The notes under the pieces: generated by a model
The model's database searches: none
Told to the model about the DNA's origin: nothing
Seen by the model: only the letters and a program-made list of their open reading frames with translations
NCBI RefSeq assembly: GCF_001457595.1
Contig: NZ_LN831039.1
Span: 2,460,001-2,492,000, forward strand
DNA: 32,000 nt
Reading direction: 5' to 3'
Source of the DNA: Mycolicibacterium smegmatis
Lineage (GTDB): Bacteria; Actinomycetota; Actinomycetes; Mycobacteriales; Mycobacteriaceae
Part shown: piece by piece, positions 21,484 to 29,067 of the stretch
How the letters are laid out: each line of letters begins with the position of its first letter
How positions within the stretch are numbered: position 1 is the first letter of the stretch
Translations under genes and position numbers: made by a program

Positions 21484-22647
21484 GTGACCTTCACGGTCGA
21501 CGACGTCGCGTATCTGCGCTCGGCGGCAGGCAGGCAGGCGCTCGACGAGGCCGGGAAACTGGCCCTGTCGGGCGCCCGTCTGGTCAACGACATCGCCGCG
21601 CTGCGAGCGGCTTTCGGTGACCGGGCGGCCGTGCTGGCCGAGACCGTGCAGTTGCGCCGCCGCGCCGCGGCCAAGTTCGCCGACCCGTCGGACTGGCTGT
21701 TCACCGACGAAGCGTTGCAGCAGGCCACCGCGGCGCCGGTCGCGGCACACCGGGCCGCGCGACTCGCGGGTGCGACGGTTCACGATGCCACCTGCTCGAT
21801 CGGCGGTGAGCTTGTCGCGCTTCGTGATACGGCTGACCATGTGGTGGGCAGTGACCTGGATCCGGTGCGGGTGGCGATGGCCGCGGGCAACGTGCCCGAC
21901 GTCGAGGTGTGCCGTGCCGACGCGCTGCGGCCCATCACGCGCGACGCCGTCGTGATCCTGGACCCCGCGCGGCGTGCGGGCGGCAGGCGGCGGTTCGACC
22001 CGCGTGCCTACACCCCGGCCCTCGACGCGGTGTTCGACGTGTACCGGGATCGCGACATGGTCGTGAAATGCGCTCCCGGAATCGATTTCGCCGAGATCGA
22101 ACGCATGGGGTTCACCGGTGAGATCGAGGTGACCTCGGTGGGCGGGGGAGTGCGAGAGGCGTGCCTGTGGTCACCGGCGCTCGCCGGTGCCGGGGTGAGA
22201 AGGCGGGCCACCGTGCTGGACCGCGGCGAGCAGATCACCGACACCGAACCCGACGACTGCGCCGTCGCACCCGCCGGTCGGTGGATCGTCGACCCCGACG
22301 GGGCCGTCGTACGCGCAGGCCTGGTGCGCCACTACGCGGCCAGGCACGGGCTGTGGCAACTCGACCCCGACATCGCGTACCTCTCCGGTGACCGGTTGCC
22401 CGACGGGGTCCGCGGATTCGAGGTGCTCGAGGAGCTCGGCTACCACGAACGGCGTTTGCGGGCGGCACTTGCGGCACGGTCCGCCGGTGCGGTAGAGATA
22501 CTGGTCCGCGGGGTCAATGTGGATCCCGACGTACTGCGAACGCGGTTACGGCTGCGCGGATCCGAGCAACTCACGGTGGTCATCACGCGGCTGGGGTCGG
22601 GATCGGCGAGCCGGGCGACGGCGTACATTTGCCGTCCCTCGCGATGA
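21484..22647 (+). CDS. SAM-dependent methyltransferase with a C-terminal extension (Rv3037c-like; I recall homologues annotated as having a THUMP-like domain)
   Basis: Motif-I-like VHDATCSIGGELVAL and VVILDPARR are present. The conserved C-terminal block is WQLDPDIAYLSGD...FEVLEEL...AVEILVRGVNVDPDVLRTRL. I place the start at GTG 21484, 8 nt after the previous stop. The upstream 284 codons of the track ORF are simply the open alternate frame of the preceding gene. Confidence 0.8.
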   Translation: MTFTVDDVAYLRSAAGRQALDEAGKLALSGARLVNDIAALRAAFGDRAAVLAETVQLRRRAAAKFADPSDWLFTDEALQQATAAPVAAHRAARLAGATVHDATCSIGGELVALRDTADHVVGSDLDPVRVAMAAGNVPDVEVCRADALRPITRDAVVILDPARRAGGRRRFDPRAYTPALDAVFDVYRDRDMVVKCAPGIDFAEIERMGFTGEIEVTSVGGGVREACLWSPALAGAGVRRRATVLDRGEQITDTEPDDCAVAPAGRWIVDPDGAVVRAGLVRHYAARHGLWQLDPDIAYLSGDRLPDGVRGFEVLEELGYHERRLRAALAARSAGAVEILVRGVNVDPDVLRTRLRLRGSEQLTVVITRLGSGSASRATAYICRPSR

Positions 22648-22719
22648 CCCGCCAGTACGCTTGAATCGAAATGCCGGCGCGGTCGGCGTTTGGTTGATCG
22701 CCCGGGAGGACGACTGACG

Positions 22720-23421
22720 ATGCGAATTTCCACTGTGGTGGGGGTGTTGGCGGCCGGCGTGCTGATCGGTGGCGTTGCCGCACCGTCGGCAGCCGCGCAG
22801 TCGACCTGTGCCGAGCTCGGCGGCACGGTCGACGCGGACCAGATCTGTCAGGTACACACGGCCAACGCGACCTACCGGCTGGATTACACGTTCTCGACCA
22901 CCTACCCGGACCAGGAAGCCGTGGTCGGCTACCTGAGCCAGACCCGCGACGGGTTCGTCAACGTATCCGACATGCCCGGCTCACGTGATCAGCCGTATGT
23001 GCTGGACGCCCGGGGGTCCTCGTACTCCTCGGCGGTCGCCCCCGGCCTGCCTGCGCGCACCCAGAGCCTGGTGCTCGAGGTGTTCCAGGACGTCGGCGGC
23101 GCGCAACCCGAGACCTGGTACAAGTCCTTCAATTACGACGTGGTGAAGCGGGCGCCCATCACGTTCGACACGTTGTTCAAGCCCGGTTCCCGGCCGCTCG
23201 ACGTGATTTTCCCGATCGTGGCGCGCGAACTGGAGACCCAGGCGGGAATCGTCCAGTCGATCTCGCAGTCCGCGGGCATGGACCCCACGCACTACCAGAA
23301 CTTCGCGATCACCGACGATTCGGTGATCTTCTTCTTCGACCGCGGCGCGCTGGTGGCCGATTCGGCGGGTGCGCTTCAGGCCTCGGTGCCGCGGTCGGCG
23401 GTGGCGTCGCTCCTGGCGTGA
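22720..23421 (+). CDS. Secreted protein of the TB22.2 (Rv3036c) family
   Basis: ATG 22720 sits 9 nt behind GGGAGGA. The signal peptide is MRISTVVGVLAAGVLIGGVAAPSAAAQ. The mature part matches recalled TB22.2 blocks (C..LGGTV.A.QIC.VH...YPDQ......Y..Q.RDGFVNV...RDQPY...TWYK.FNY......PITFDTLF.PG..PLD.I.PIV.REL...HYQNFAITDDS.IF.F). Confidence 0.85.
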   Translation: MRISTVVGVLAAGVLIGGVAAPSAAAQSTCAELGGTVDADQICQVHTANATYRLDYTFSTTYPDQEAVVGYLSQTRDGFVNVSDMPGSRDQPYVLDARGSSYSSAVAPGLPARTQSLVLEVFQDVGGAQPETWYKSFNYDVVKRAPITFDTLFKPGSRPLDVIFPIVARELETQAGIVQSISQSAGMDPTHYQNFAITDDSVIFFFDRGALVADSAGALQASVPRSAVASLLA

Positions 23422-23452
23422 GCTGAGAAGGACGCCACCGCCGATCAGCGGA

Positions 23453-24997
23453 TCACGCGGACGTCGTGGTCCGTTCGTGCCTGCCCTTGGGGTCGTAGGT
23501 CTCCCAGAACGTCGCACCGACGATGTCGAGGCGCAGCGGGTTGAAGACCGGGTCGATGCCCGCCTTCTGCTGTTTCTCGTAGTCCTTGAGCGCCGCGAGT
23601 GCGGGCCGCTGCAGGATGATGATGCCGATGATGTTGAGCCAGGCCATCAATCCCACACCGATGTCGCCGAGAGTCCAGGCGTCGGTTGCGGTGGAGATCG
23701 CGCCGGTGACCACCGACACCAGGATCAGCGCCTGCAGCAGCATCGTGGCATTGGAACCGACGGTGCCCCGGACGATCGGAACCGGGATGGTCGCGCTCTT
23801 GCCCAGCAGGAAGCGCAGGTTCGTCTCGGCCATGTAGTAGTACGCGACGATCGTGGTGAACGCGAAGAACGCGAGCGACACCGCGACGAACGACGCACCG
23901 GCGCCGCTCCACAACGTGTCGAAACCGGCCTGTGCGAAGGCGGGCCCCACCGTGATATCCGACGGCAGCATGCCGCCCTCGGCCAGCACCGCACCCGTCT
24001 CGCTCTCACCTTCGTAGACGCGGTAGGCGCCCGTCGTGAGGATCAGGAAGCCCGTGGCCGAGCAGACGAACAGCGTGTCGATGTACACCGCGAACGCCTG
24101 CACCAGACCCTGCTTGGCGGGGTGGGTGACCTCGGCCGCGGCGGCGGCGTGCGGGCCCGTGCCCTGGCCGGCCTCGTTGGAGTAGATGCCGCGCTTGACG
24201 CCCCACATCACGGCCGAACCGATGATCGCGCCGAACGCCGAGTCCAGGCCGAACGCGCTCGCGAAGATCAGTCGCAACACCTCGGGCACCGCGCTGACGT
24301 TCACCACGACGATGATCAGCGCGAGGACGATGTAGACGACGGCCATGAACGGCACGACGATCGAGGCGAACGCCGCGATGCGCTTGACGCCGCCGATGAT
24401 CACGAAGGCCAGCACGATCACGATGCCGACGCCCACCCACCAGGTGGAGAAGCCCCACGCTGAGTTCATCGCGGCGGCCATCGAGTTCGACTGCACGCTG
24501 GGCAGCAGCAGACCACACGCGAGCACCGTGACGGCCGCGAACAGCAGTCCGTACACCTTGAAGACACCGGCCGCGCGTGTGTGCTCGAGAGCGCGGCTCA
24601 GATAGTAGGCCGGACCGCCACGGTATTCACCGGTCAGCTGGTCACGGGCCTTGTAGATCTGGCCCAGCGTGCATTCCACGAACGACGTGGACGCGCCGAG
24701 GAATGCCACGGCCCACATCCAGAACATGGCGCCCGGGCCGCCGAACGCGATCGCGGTCGCGACCCCGGCGATGTTGCCGGTACCGACGCGGCCCGCCAGC
24801 GACATCGTCAGCGCCTGGAACGACGAGACCCCGGAAGGCGACTTCTCGCCTTTGACCATCAGCCGGATCATCTCCGGTACCTGCCGGATCTGCAGGAGCC
24901 TGGTGCGGATCGAGAAGTACACGCCCGCAGCCAGACACAGATAGACGAGCCAGCTACTCCATACGTAGCTGTTGATGAGGTCGAGAAACTCCGACAC
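23453..24997 (-). CDS. Alanine/glycine:cation symporter (AGCS family)
   Basis: GVSSFQALTMSLAGRVGTGNIAGVATAIAFGGPGAMFWMW is the signature AGCS block. The protein has about 11 hydrophobic helices. It starts at GTG 24997 with a GGAAGG-type Shine-Dalgarno sequence upstream. Confidence 0.93.
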   Translation of the reverse strand: MSEFLDLINSYVWSSWLVYLCLAAGVYFSIRTRLLQIRQVPEMIRLMVKGEKSPSGVSSFQALTMSLAGRVGTGNIAGVATAIAFGGPGAMFWMWAVAFLGASTSFVECTLGQIYKARDQLTGEYRGGPAYYLSRALEHTRAAGVFKVYGLLFAAVTVLACGLLLPSVQSNSMAAAMNSAWGFSTWWVGVGIVIVLAFVIIGGVKRIAAFASIVVPFMAVVYIVLALIIVVVNVSAVPEVLRLIFASAFGLDSAFGAIIGSAVMWGVKRGIYSNEAGQGTGPHAAAAAEVTHPAKQGLVQAFAVYIDTLFVCSATGFLILTTGAYRVYEGESETGAVLAEGGMLPSDITVGPAFAQAGFDTLWSGAGASFVAVSLAFFAFTTIVAYYYMAETNLRFLLGKSATIPVPIVRGTVGSNATMLLQALILVSVVTGAISTATDAWTLGDIGVGLMAWLNIIGIIILQRPALAALKDYEKQQKAGIDPVFNPLRLDIVGATFWETYDPKGRHERTTTSA

Positions 24998-25108
24998 TGG
25001 TTATTGCCTTCCCCCAGAAATTCATTGATCTTGCACGGTTGCCGCGCCAAATCCTCACACGAAGCCCACCACTTTCTGTGGAGATTTCGTCAATTCCCTG
25101 TAAAACTT

Positions 25109-25123
25109 CCGGCATCATGCCGG
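25109..25123 (-). terminator. Weak candidate terminator hairpin spanning the stop codon of the beta-propeller lipoprotein gene
   Basis: CCGGCAT-c-ATGCCGG is a palindrome whose usable stem is about 5 bp. On the minus strand it is followed by AAGTTTTAC. The stem is short and the U-tract interrupted, so confidence is low. Confidence 0.2.
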
Positions 25124-26398
25124 TGAGAAGCCATACACTTGCCCGTCACTCGTCGCGGTGACCACGCGGCCGTCGTGGCCGATCGATACCCCGACCGGCC
25201 AGCCGGTGGCCTCGGGAAGCGGATGGGTCTGCAGCGTGCGGCCGTCACCGGTGTCGAAGACCAGCAGGGCCTGCCCGTGGCCGCCCTGCCGCGCCACGGC
25301 GTAGCCGACGTTTCCGGAACGACTCGACGTGGTCAGGGGAGCGACGTCGTCACGCGTCCACACGATCTCGCCGCGGTCACCCTCGTCGCGCACCGCGGTC
25401 AGCTTGGCGTCGGGACCGCCGCCCGCCACGATCAGACCGTCCGGCGCCACCGACGGCGGCGTCTGGGCGAGATAGTCGAGCGGCACGGACCATTTGACGG
25501 TCCCGTCCGCGGAGTTCAGCGCCCACAGTTGCTCGTCGCGCCCGCTGACGTAGACGGTCTGGCCGTCCGCGGACAGCACCGGGCTGGCCAGCGGGCCGCG
25601 GCCCGCGGCGTCACTGGTCCACGCCTGCGTCAGCAGCGGCTTCTGCCCGGGCCGGTAGTTCAGGCCGACCAGCACCGGGGCCTCGGCACCGGGCTGCCAC
25701 AGGCTCAGCACCACGATGTTGGTCTGGCCGGAGAACGCGGGCGCCGCCGCGACGGGGCACCGTGACCGGGCCAGCGGGCAGTCGGCCAGACCGCGCTCGG
25801 AATCGGTCGGGTCCACGCCCGACACCAGATCGAGAGGTGTGCCCTCGACCGTGCCGCGGTGGGAGTCGAACACCAGCACCTGGCCGAGGTGCGTGACCAC
25901 GAGGAGTTGCCCGTCGGCCAGCAGTCGCGGGGTGGTCGGCATCCCGATCACGGGCTTACGCCAGCGGATCCACTGCGTGGGAGGAAAGGACAGCATCGCG
26001 CCGGGCTGGCCCACATAGACGTTGTCGAAGCCATCGAACAGCGGGCCTGACCATCCGCCGCCCTGCACCAGACGCGTGCACCAGCGCTGGCGGCCGTTGT
26101 TGTCGGCCTCCCACACCATCAGCGAACACCCGCCCGCGCTCTGGGCGTTGACCGCGAGATAACCGGCCGAACCCAGGGCGACCTGGGCGCCTACCTCACC
26201 TTTGGCCGACCGGCTCCACTCCGCGCGCAGCGACTGGGCTCCGGGAGCACTTTTGTAGCTGCTGTTGGCGGCGTCGGCGTATTGCGCGGCCCAACCGGAG
26301 GCAGGGCTGGCCTGGACCCAGGAATCGGTGTTCTCACAACCGGCGAGAAGGCCCGTGAGCAGCGCAGCCACCATGAGCGCCAGGTATCGCCGGAACAC
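25115..26398 (-). CDS. PQQ-like beta-propeller repeat lipoprotein (Rv3035-like)
   Basis: GTG 26398 sits 4 nt behind AAGGA and gives VFRRYLALMVAALLTGLLAGC, a signal peptide with lipobox LAGC. The mature part has repeated ...G.V.A.D...G...W... blades, for example DEQLWALNSADGTVKWSV and LLVFDTGDGRTLQTH. The rest of the 835-aa track ORF is antisense to the neighbouring gene. Confidence 0.8.
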   Translation of the reverse strand: MFRRYLALMVAALLTGLLAGCENTDSWVQASPASGWAAQYADAANSSYKSAPGAQSLRAEWSRSAKGEVGAQVALGSAGYLAVNAQSAGGCSLMVWEADNNGRQRWCTRLVQGGGWSGPLFDGFDNVYVGQPGAMLSFPPTQWIRWRKPVIGMPTTPRLLADGQLLVVTHLGQVLVFDSHRGTVEGTPLDLVSGVDPTDSERGLADCPLARSRCPVAAAPAFSGQTNIVVLSLWQPGAEAPVLVGLNYRPGQKPLLTQAWTSDAAGRGPLASPVLSADGQTVYVSGRDEQLWALNSADGTVKWSVPLDYLAQTPPSVAPDGLIVAGGGPDAKLTAVRDEGDRGEIVWTRDDVAPLTTSSRSGNVGYAVARQGGHGQALLVFDTGDGRTLQTHPLPEATGWPVGVSIGHDGRVVTATSDGQVYGFSPA

Positions 26399-26465
26399 GG
26401 TGTCCTTTCGTCGAGAGACCGGACAGATCGTTGAGTTGTGGACCACGTGAGGGTAACCCGAGCGC

Positions 26466-26492
26466 CCGGAAAGCCTCGCGTAGGCTTTCCGG
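26466..26492. promoter_or_regulatory. Perfect 11-bp inverted repeat (CCGGAAAGCCT-cgcgt-AGGCTTTCCGG) in a divergent intergenic region
   Basis: I read it directly and all 11 positions pair. It ends 2 nt before ATG 26495 of the acyltransferase gene and lies 68 nt upstream of GTG 26398 of the lipoprotein gene. It would sequester the only AGG upstream of the ATG if transcribed. Confidence 0.45.
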
Positions 26493-26494
26493 CC

Positions 26495-27238
26495 ATGACG
26501 ACGATGTGGGGCGCACCGATTCACAAGCGGTGGCGGGGCTCGCGTCTGCGCGATCCGCGTCAAGCCGACTTCCTGACCATGGCGTCGCTGAAGTGGGTCA
26601 TCGCCAACCGGGCGTTCACGCCCTGGTACCTGGTGCGGTACTGGCGGCTGCTCAAGTTCAAGCTGGCCAACCCGCACATCATCACCCGCGGCATGGTGTT
26701 CCTGGGCAAGGACGTGGAGATCCAGTGCACGCCCGAACTCGCGCAGATGGAGATCGGCCGCTGGGTGCACATCGGTGACAAGAACACCATCCGCTGCCAC
26801 GAGGGCTCGCTGCGCATCGGCGACAAGGTGGTGCTGGGCCGCGACAACGTCATCAACACCTACCTCGACATCGAGCTCGGTGACTCGGTGCTCATGGCCG
26901 ACTGGTGCTACGTCTGCGACTTCGACCACAAGATGGACGACATCAACGTCCCCATCAAGGATCAGGGCATCATCAAGGGCCCGGTGCGTATCGGGCCCGA
27001 CACCTGGATCGCCGCCAAGGTCACCATTCTGCGCAACACCCTGATCGGCCGCGGTTGCGTGCTCGGCGCCCACGCCGTGGTCAAGGGGGACATCCCGGAC
27101 CACTCGATCGCGGTCGGCGCACCCGCCAAGGTGGTCAAGAACCGCAAGCTGGCGTGGGAGACGTCGGCGGCCGAGCGCGCCGAACTCGCCGCTGCACTCG
27201 CCGACATCGAGCGCAAGAAGGCCGCGAGCAACAAGTAG
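26495..27238 (+). CDS. Hexapeptide-repeat (left-handed beta-helix) acyl/acetyltransferase (Rv3034c-like)
   Basis: LbH repeats are present: IGDKNTIRCHEGSLRIGDKVVLGRDNVINTYLDIELGDSVLMADWCYVCDFDH...VRIGPDTWIAAKVTILRNTLIGRGCVLGAHAVVKGDIPDHSIAVGAPAKVV. ATG 26495 is preferred over the track's GTG 26438. Confidence 0.88.
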   Translation: MTTMWGAPIHKRWRGSRLRDPRQADFLTMASLKWVIANRAFTPWYLVRYWRLLKFKLANPHIITRGMVFLGKDVEIQCTPELAQMEIGRWVHIGDKNTIRCHEGSLRIGDKVVLGRDNVINTYLDIELGDSVLMADWCYVCDFDHKMDDINVPIKDQGIIKGPVRIGPDTWIAAKVTILRNTLIGRGCVLGAHAVVKGDIPDHSIAVGAPAKVVKNRKLAWETSAAERAELAAALADIERKKAASNK

Positions 27239-27249
27239 TTCCCGGGCGC

Positions 27250-27867
27250 TCAGGCGCCGTTGCACACCCCGGATTCGCGGATCACGTTGCCGTAGACGTT
27301 CGCGGTCGCGATGTTGGCGTTGATGACCCCGGACGGCATGCGCTGCTTCATCTTCACGCTGATCTGCGTGAGCTGATACCACAGGTGATGGAACGAGTCG
27401 CCGTGGAACAGCGGCGAATACTGGCTCTGGTCCGGGTAGTTCGTGACGTAGAGGGTCTGGGCGCGCGGGTCGAGGAAGGCCGCGGACCGGTCGACGTTGG
27501 CGCGGACGGCATCGCCGGCGGCCTGCACGCCGGGATGTGACCAGTGGTCGCCGTTGTCGTCGAGGAAGCGCTGGAACCGCACGATCTGGTCGAACAACGT
27601 GCCGTACTGCGCGTTGAACCACTGACAGGCCTCACGCTGAGCGTCGATCTGCTGAGGCGTGACCCGGATCTGCCACAGGTTGTACGGGAACACCGTGTAG
27701 TCGGGCGCCCAGTTCGACGGATGGGGTTCGAACGCGGCCAGCGCGGGCCAGGCCTGCTCGGGTTCGGCCGGCGTCGGTGCCGCAGTCGCGAGCGCCAACG
27801 CGGCGCCGGTCGCCAGCGCCGCACACCCGGTGCGGAGTCTTCTGCGTTTCAGGCGTTGCGAGGCCAC
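27250..27867 (-). CDS. Secreted protein of unknown function (Rv3033-position homologue)
   Basis: GTG 27867 gives VASQRLKRRRLRTGCAALATGAALALATAAPTPAEP, a basic n-region followed by a hydrophobic core and an AxA-like site. The mature part has no motif I recognise and contains two Cys. The start is uncertain because the Shine-Dalgarno sequence is poor. Confidence 0.6.
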   Translation of the reverse strand: MASQRLKRRRLRTGCAALATGAALALATAAPTPAEPEQAWPALAAFEPHPSNWAPDYTVFPYNLWQIRVTPQQIDAQREACQWFNAQYGTLFDQIVRFQRFLDDNGDHWSHPGVQAAGDAVRANVDRSAAFLDPRAQTLYVTNYPDQSQYSPLFHGDSFHHLWYQLTQISVKMKQRMPSGVINANIATANVYGNVIRESGVCNGA

Positions 27868-28012
27868 CCCTCGATTTTTGCGACCGTGTCGCGTCCGCGG
27901 ACGCAGAATCTCGAGAATGCGGTGATTTCGCCGCGAGACGGGTATAGGGGTTTCGTCCGGCCCGGACACACCCGCTGCTTCACGAGAGGGAATCCATGAC
28001 CGCATCGCGAGT

Positions 28013-29062
28013 GTGCGCGTGACGGGTGACCGGGACGCGGTGGCACGCAAGCGGCGCCACATCGACGTGTGCCTCAACGAGGCCGTCGACCACCAGAGCG
28101 TGTCGACCGGGCTCGAGCGCTACCGGCTGCCGTACCACGCGCTCACCCAGACCAACCTGACCGAGATCGATCTGACCACGAATTTTCTCGGCAAGCCGCT
28201 TCGTGCCCCGGTGCTGATCGGCGCCATGACCGGTGGTGCCGAGCTGTCCGGAACCATCAACCGCAATCTCGCCGCGGCCGCCCAGAAACTCGGCGTCGGG
28301 ATGATGCTCGGTTCGCAACGGATCATGCTGCGCAGCGGTGAGCAGGCCGCGCACCGCTCCGAGAGCTTCGCAGTGCGTGACGTCGCCCCGGATGTGTTGC
28401 TGGTGGGCAACATCGGGCTGTCGCAGCTGACCCACGACAACGCGCCGTTGATCACCGACGCACTGCGGCGTGTGGGTGCCGACGCACTTGCGGTGCACAC
28501 GAACCCCCTGCAGGAGGCGATCCAGGCCAACGGAGACACCGATTTCGCGGGATCACGTGAACGGCTCCTCGAAATCGGTCCATCCATCGGCTGCCCGCTG
28601 CTGCTCAAGGAGGTGGGCCACGGCATCGGCGCCGCGGCCGTCGCCGAGCTCACCGGCGGCCGCGACGATGTGCCGGTCGCGGCCATCGACGTCGCAGGTG
28701 CGGGCGGCACCTCGTGGTCACGCGTCGAGCAGTTCGTCCGCTACGGCACGGTGCGGTACCCGGATCTCGCGGACTGGGGCGTCCCGACCGCACGTGCCAT
28801 CATCGAAGTGCGACAGGCGCTTCCGCGTATCCCGCTGGTCGCCTCGGGCGGCATCCGCACCGGTATGGACGCGGCAAAGGCAATTGCGCTGGGCGCCGAC
28901 GTGGTCGCCATCGCGCGACCGCTGCTGGCGGCCGCGATCGATTCGGCTGCGGCCGTGGCCGACTGGCTGCAGGGGTTCATCGACGAACTCCGCATCTGCC
29001 TGCACGGCAGCGGCGCACCGGATCTCGCGGCCATGCACGCCATCCGGCTGGTCGACCGGTAA
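28013..29062 (+). CDS. fni: Type 2 (FMN-dependent) isopentenyl-diphosphate delta-isomerase
   Basis: [10 protein letters not shown], the [14 protein letters not shown] block, [18 protein letters not shown] and [14 protein letters not shown] are the hallmark IDI-2 blocks. The 349-aa size is typical. GTG 28019 is an alternative start. Confidence 0.9.
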   Translation: MRVTGDRDAVARKRRHIDVCLNEAVDHQSVSTGLERYRLPYHALTQTNLTEIDLTTNFLGKPLRAPVLIGAMTGGAELSGTINRNLAAAAQKLGVGMMLGSQRIMLRSGEQAAHRSESFAVRDVAPDVLLVGNIGLSQLTHDNAPLITDALRRVGADALAVHTNPLQEAIQANGDTDFAGSRERLLEIGPSIGCPLLLKEVGHGIGAAAVAELTGGRDDVPVAAIDVAGAGGTSWSRVEQFVRYGTVRYPDLADWGVPTARAIIEVRQALPRIPLVASGGIRTGMDAAKAIALGADVVAIARPLLAAAIDSAAAVADWLQGFIDELRICLHGSGAPDLAAMHAIRLVDR

Positions 29063-29067
29063 CGGCC

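Noticed and set aside
24998-25114. Possible glycine (or other amino-acid) riboswitch upstream of the alanine/glycine:cation symporter
   Set aside because: The 117-nt leader region on the minus strand lacks the conserved glycine-aptamer elements I know (GGAGAG...CACCG...GGGGCAA type cores). It is too short for a tandem aptamer. Only a 4-bp CCAC/GTGG stem is visible.
26399-27622. Upstream ~400 codons of the 835-aa track ORF (25115..27622)
   Set aside because: It is antisense to the hexapeptide acyltransferase and Rv3033-like genes. A lipoprotein signal peptide with a Shine-Dalgarno sequence defines the real start at 26398.
28714-29067. Longer start for the GT1 gene (track 28714)
   Set aside because: It lies entirely within the IDI-2 coding region in another frame. 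The GT1 N-terminal motif begins right at GTG 29068.
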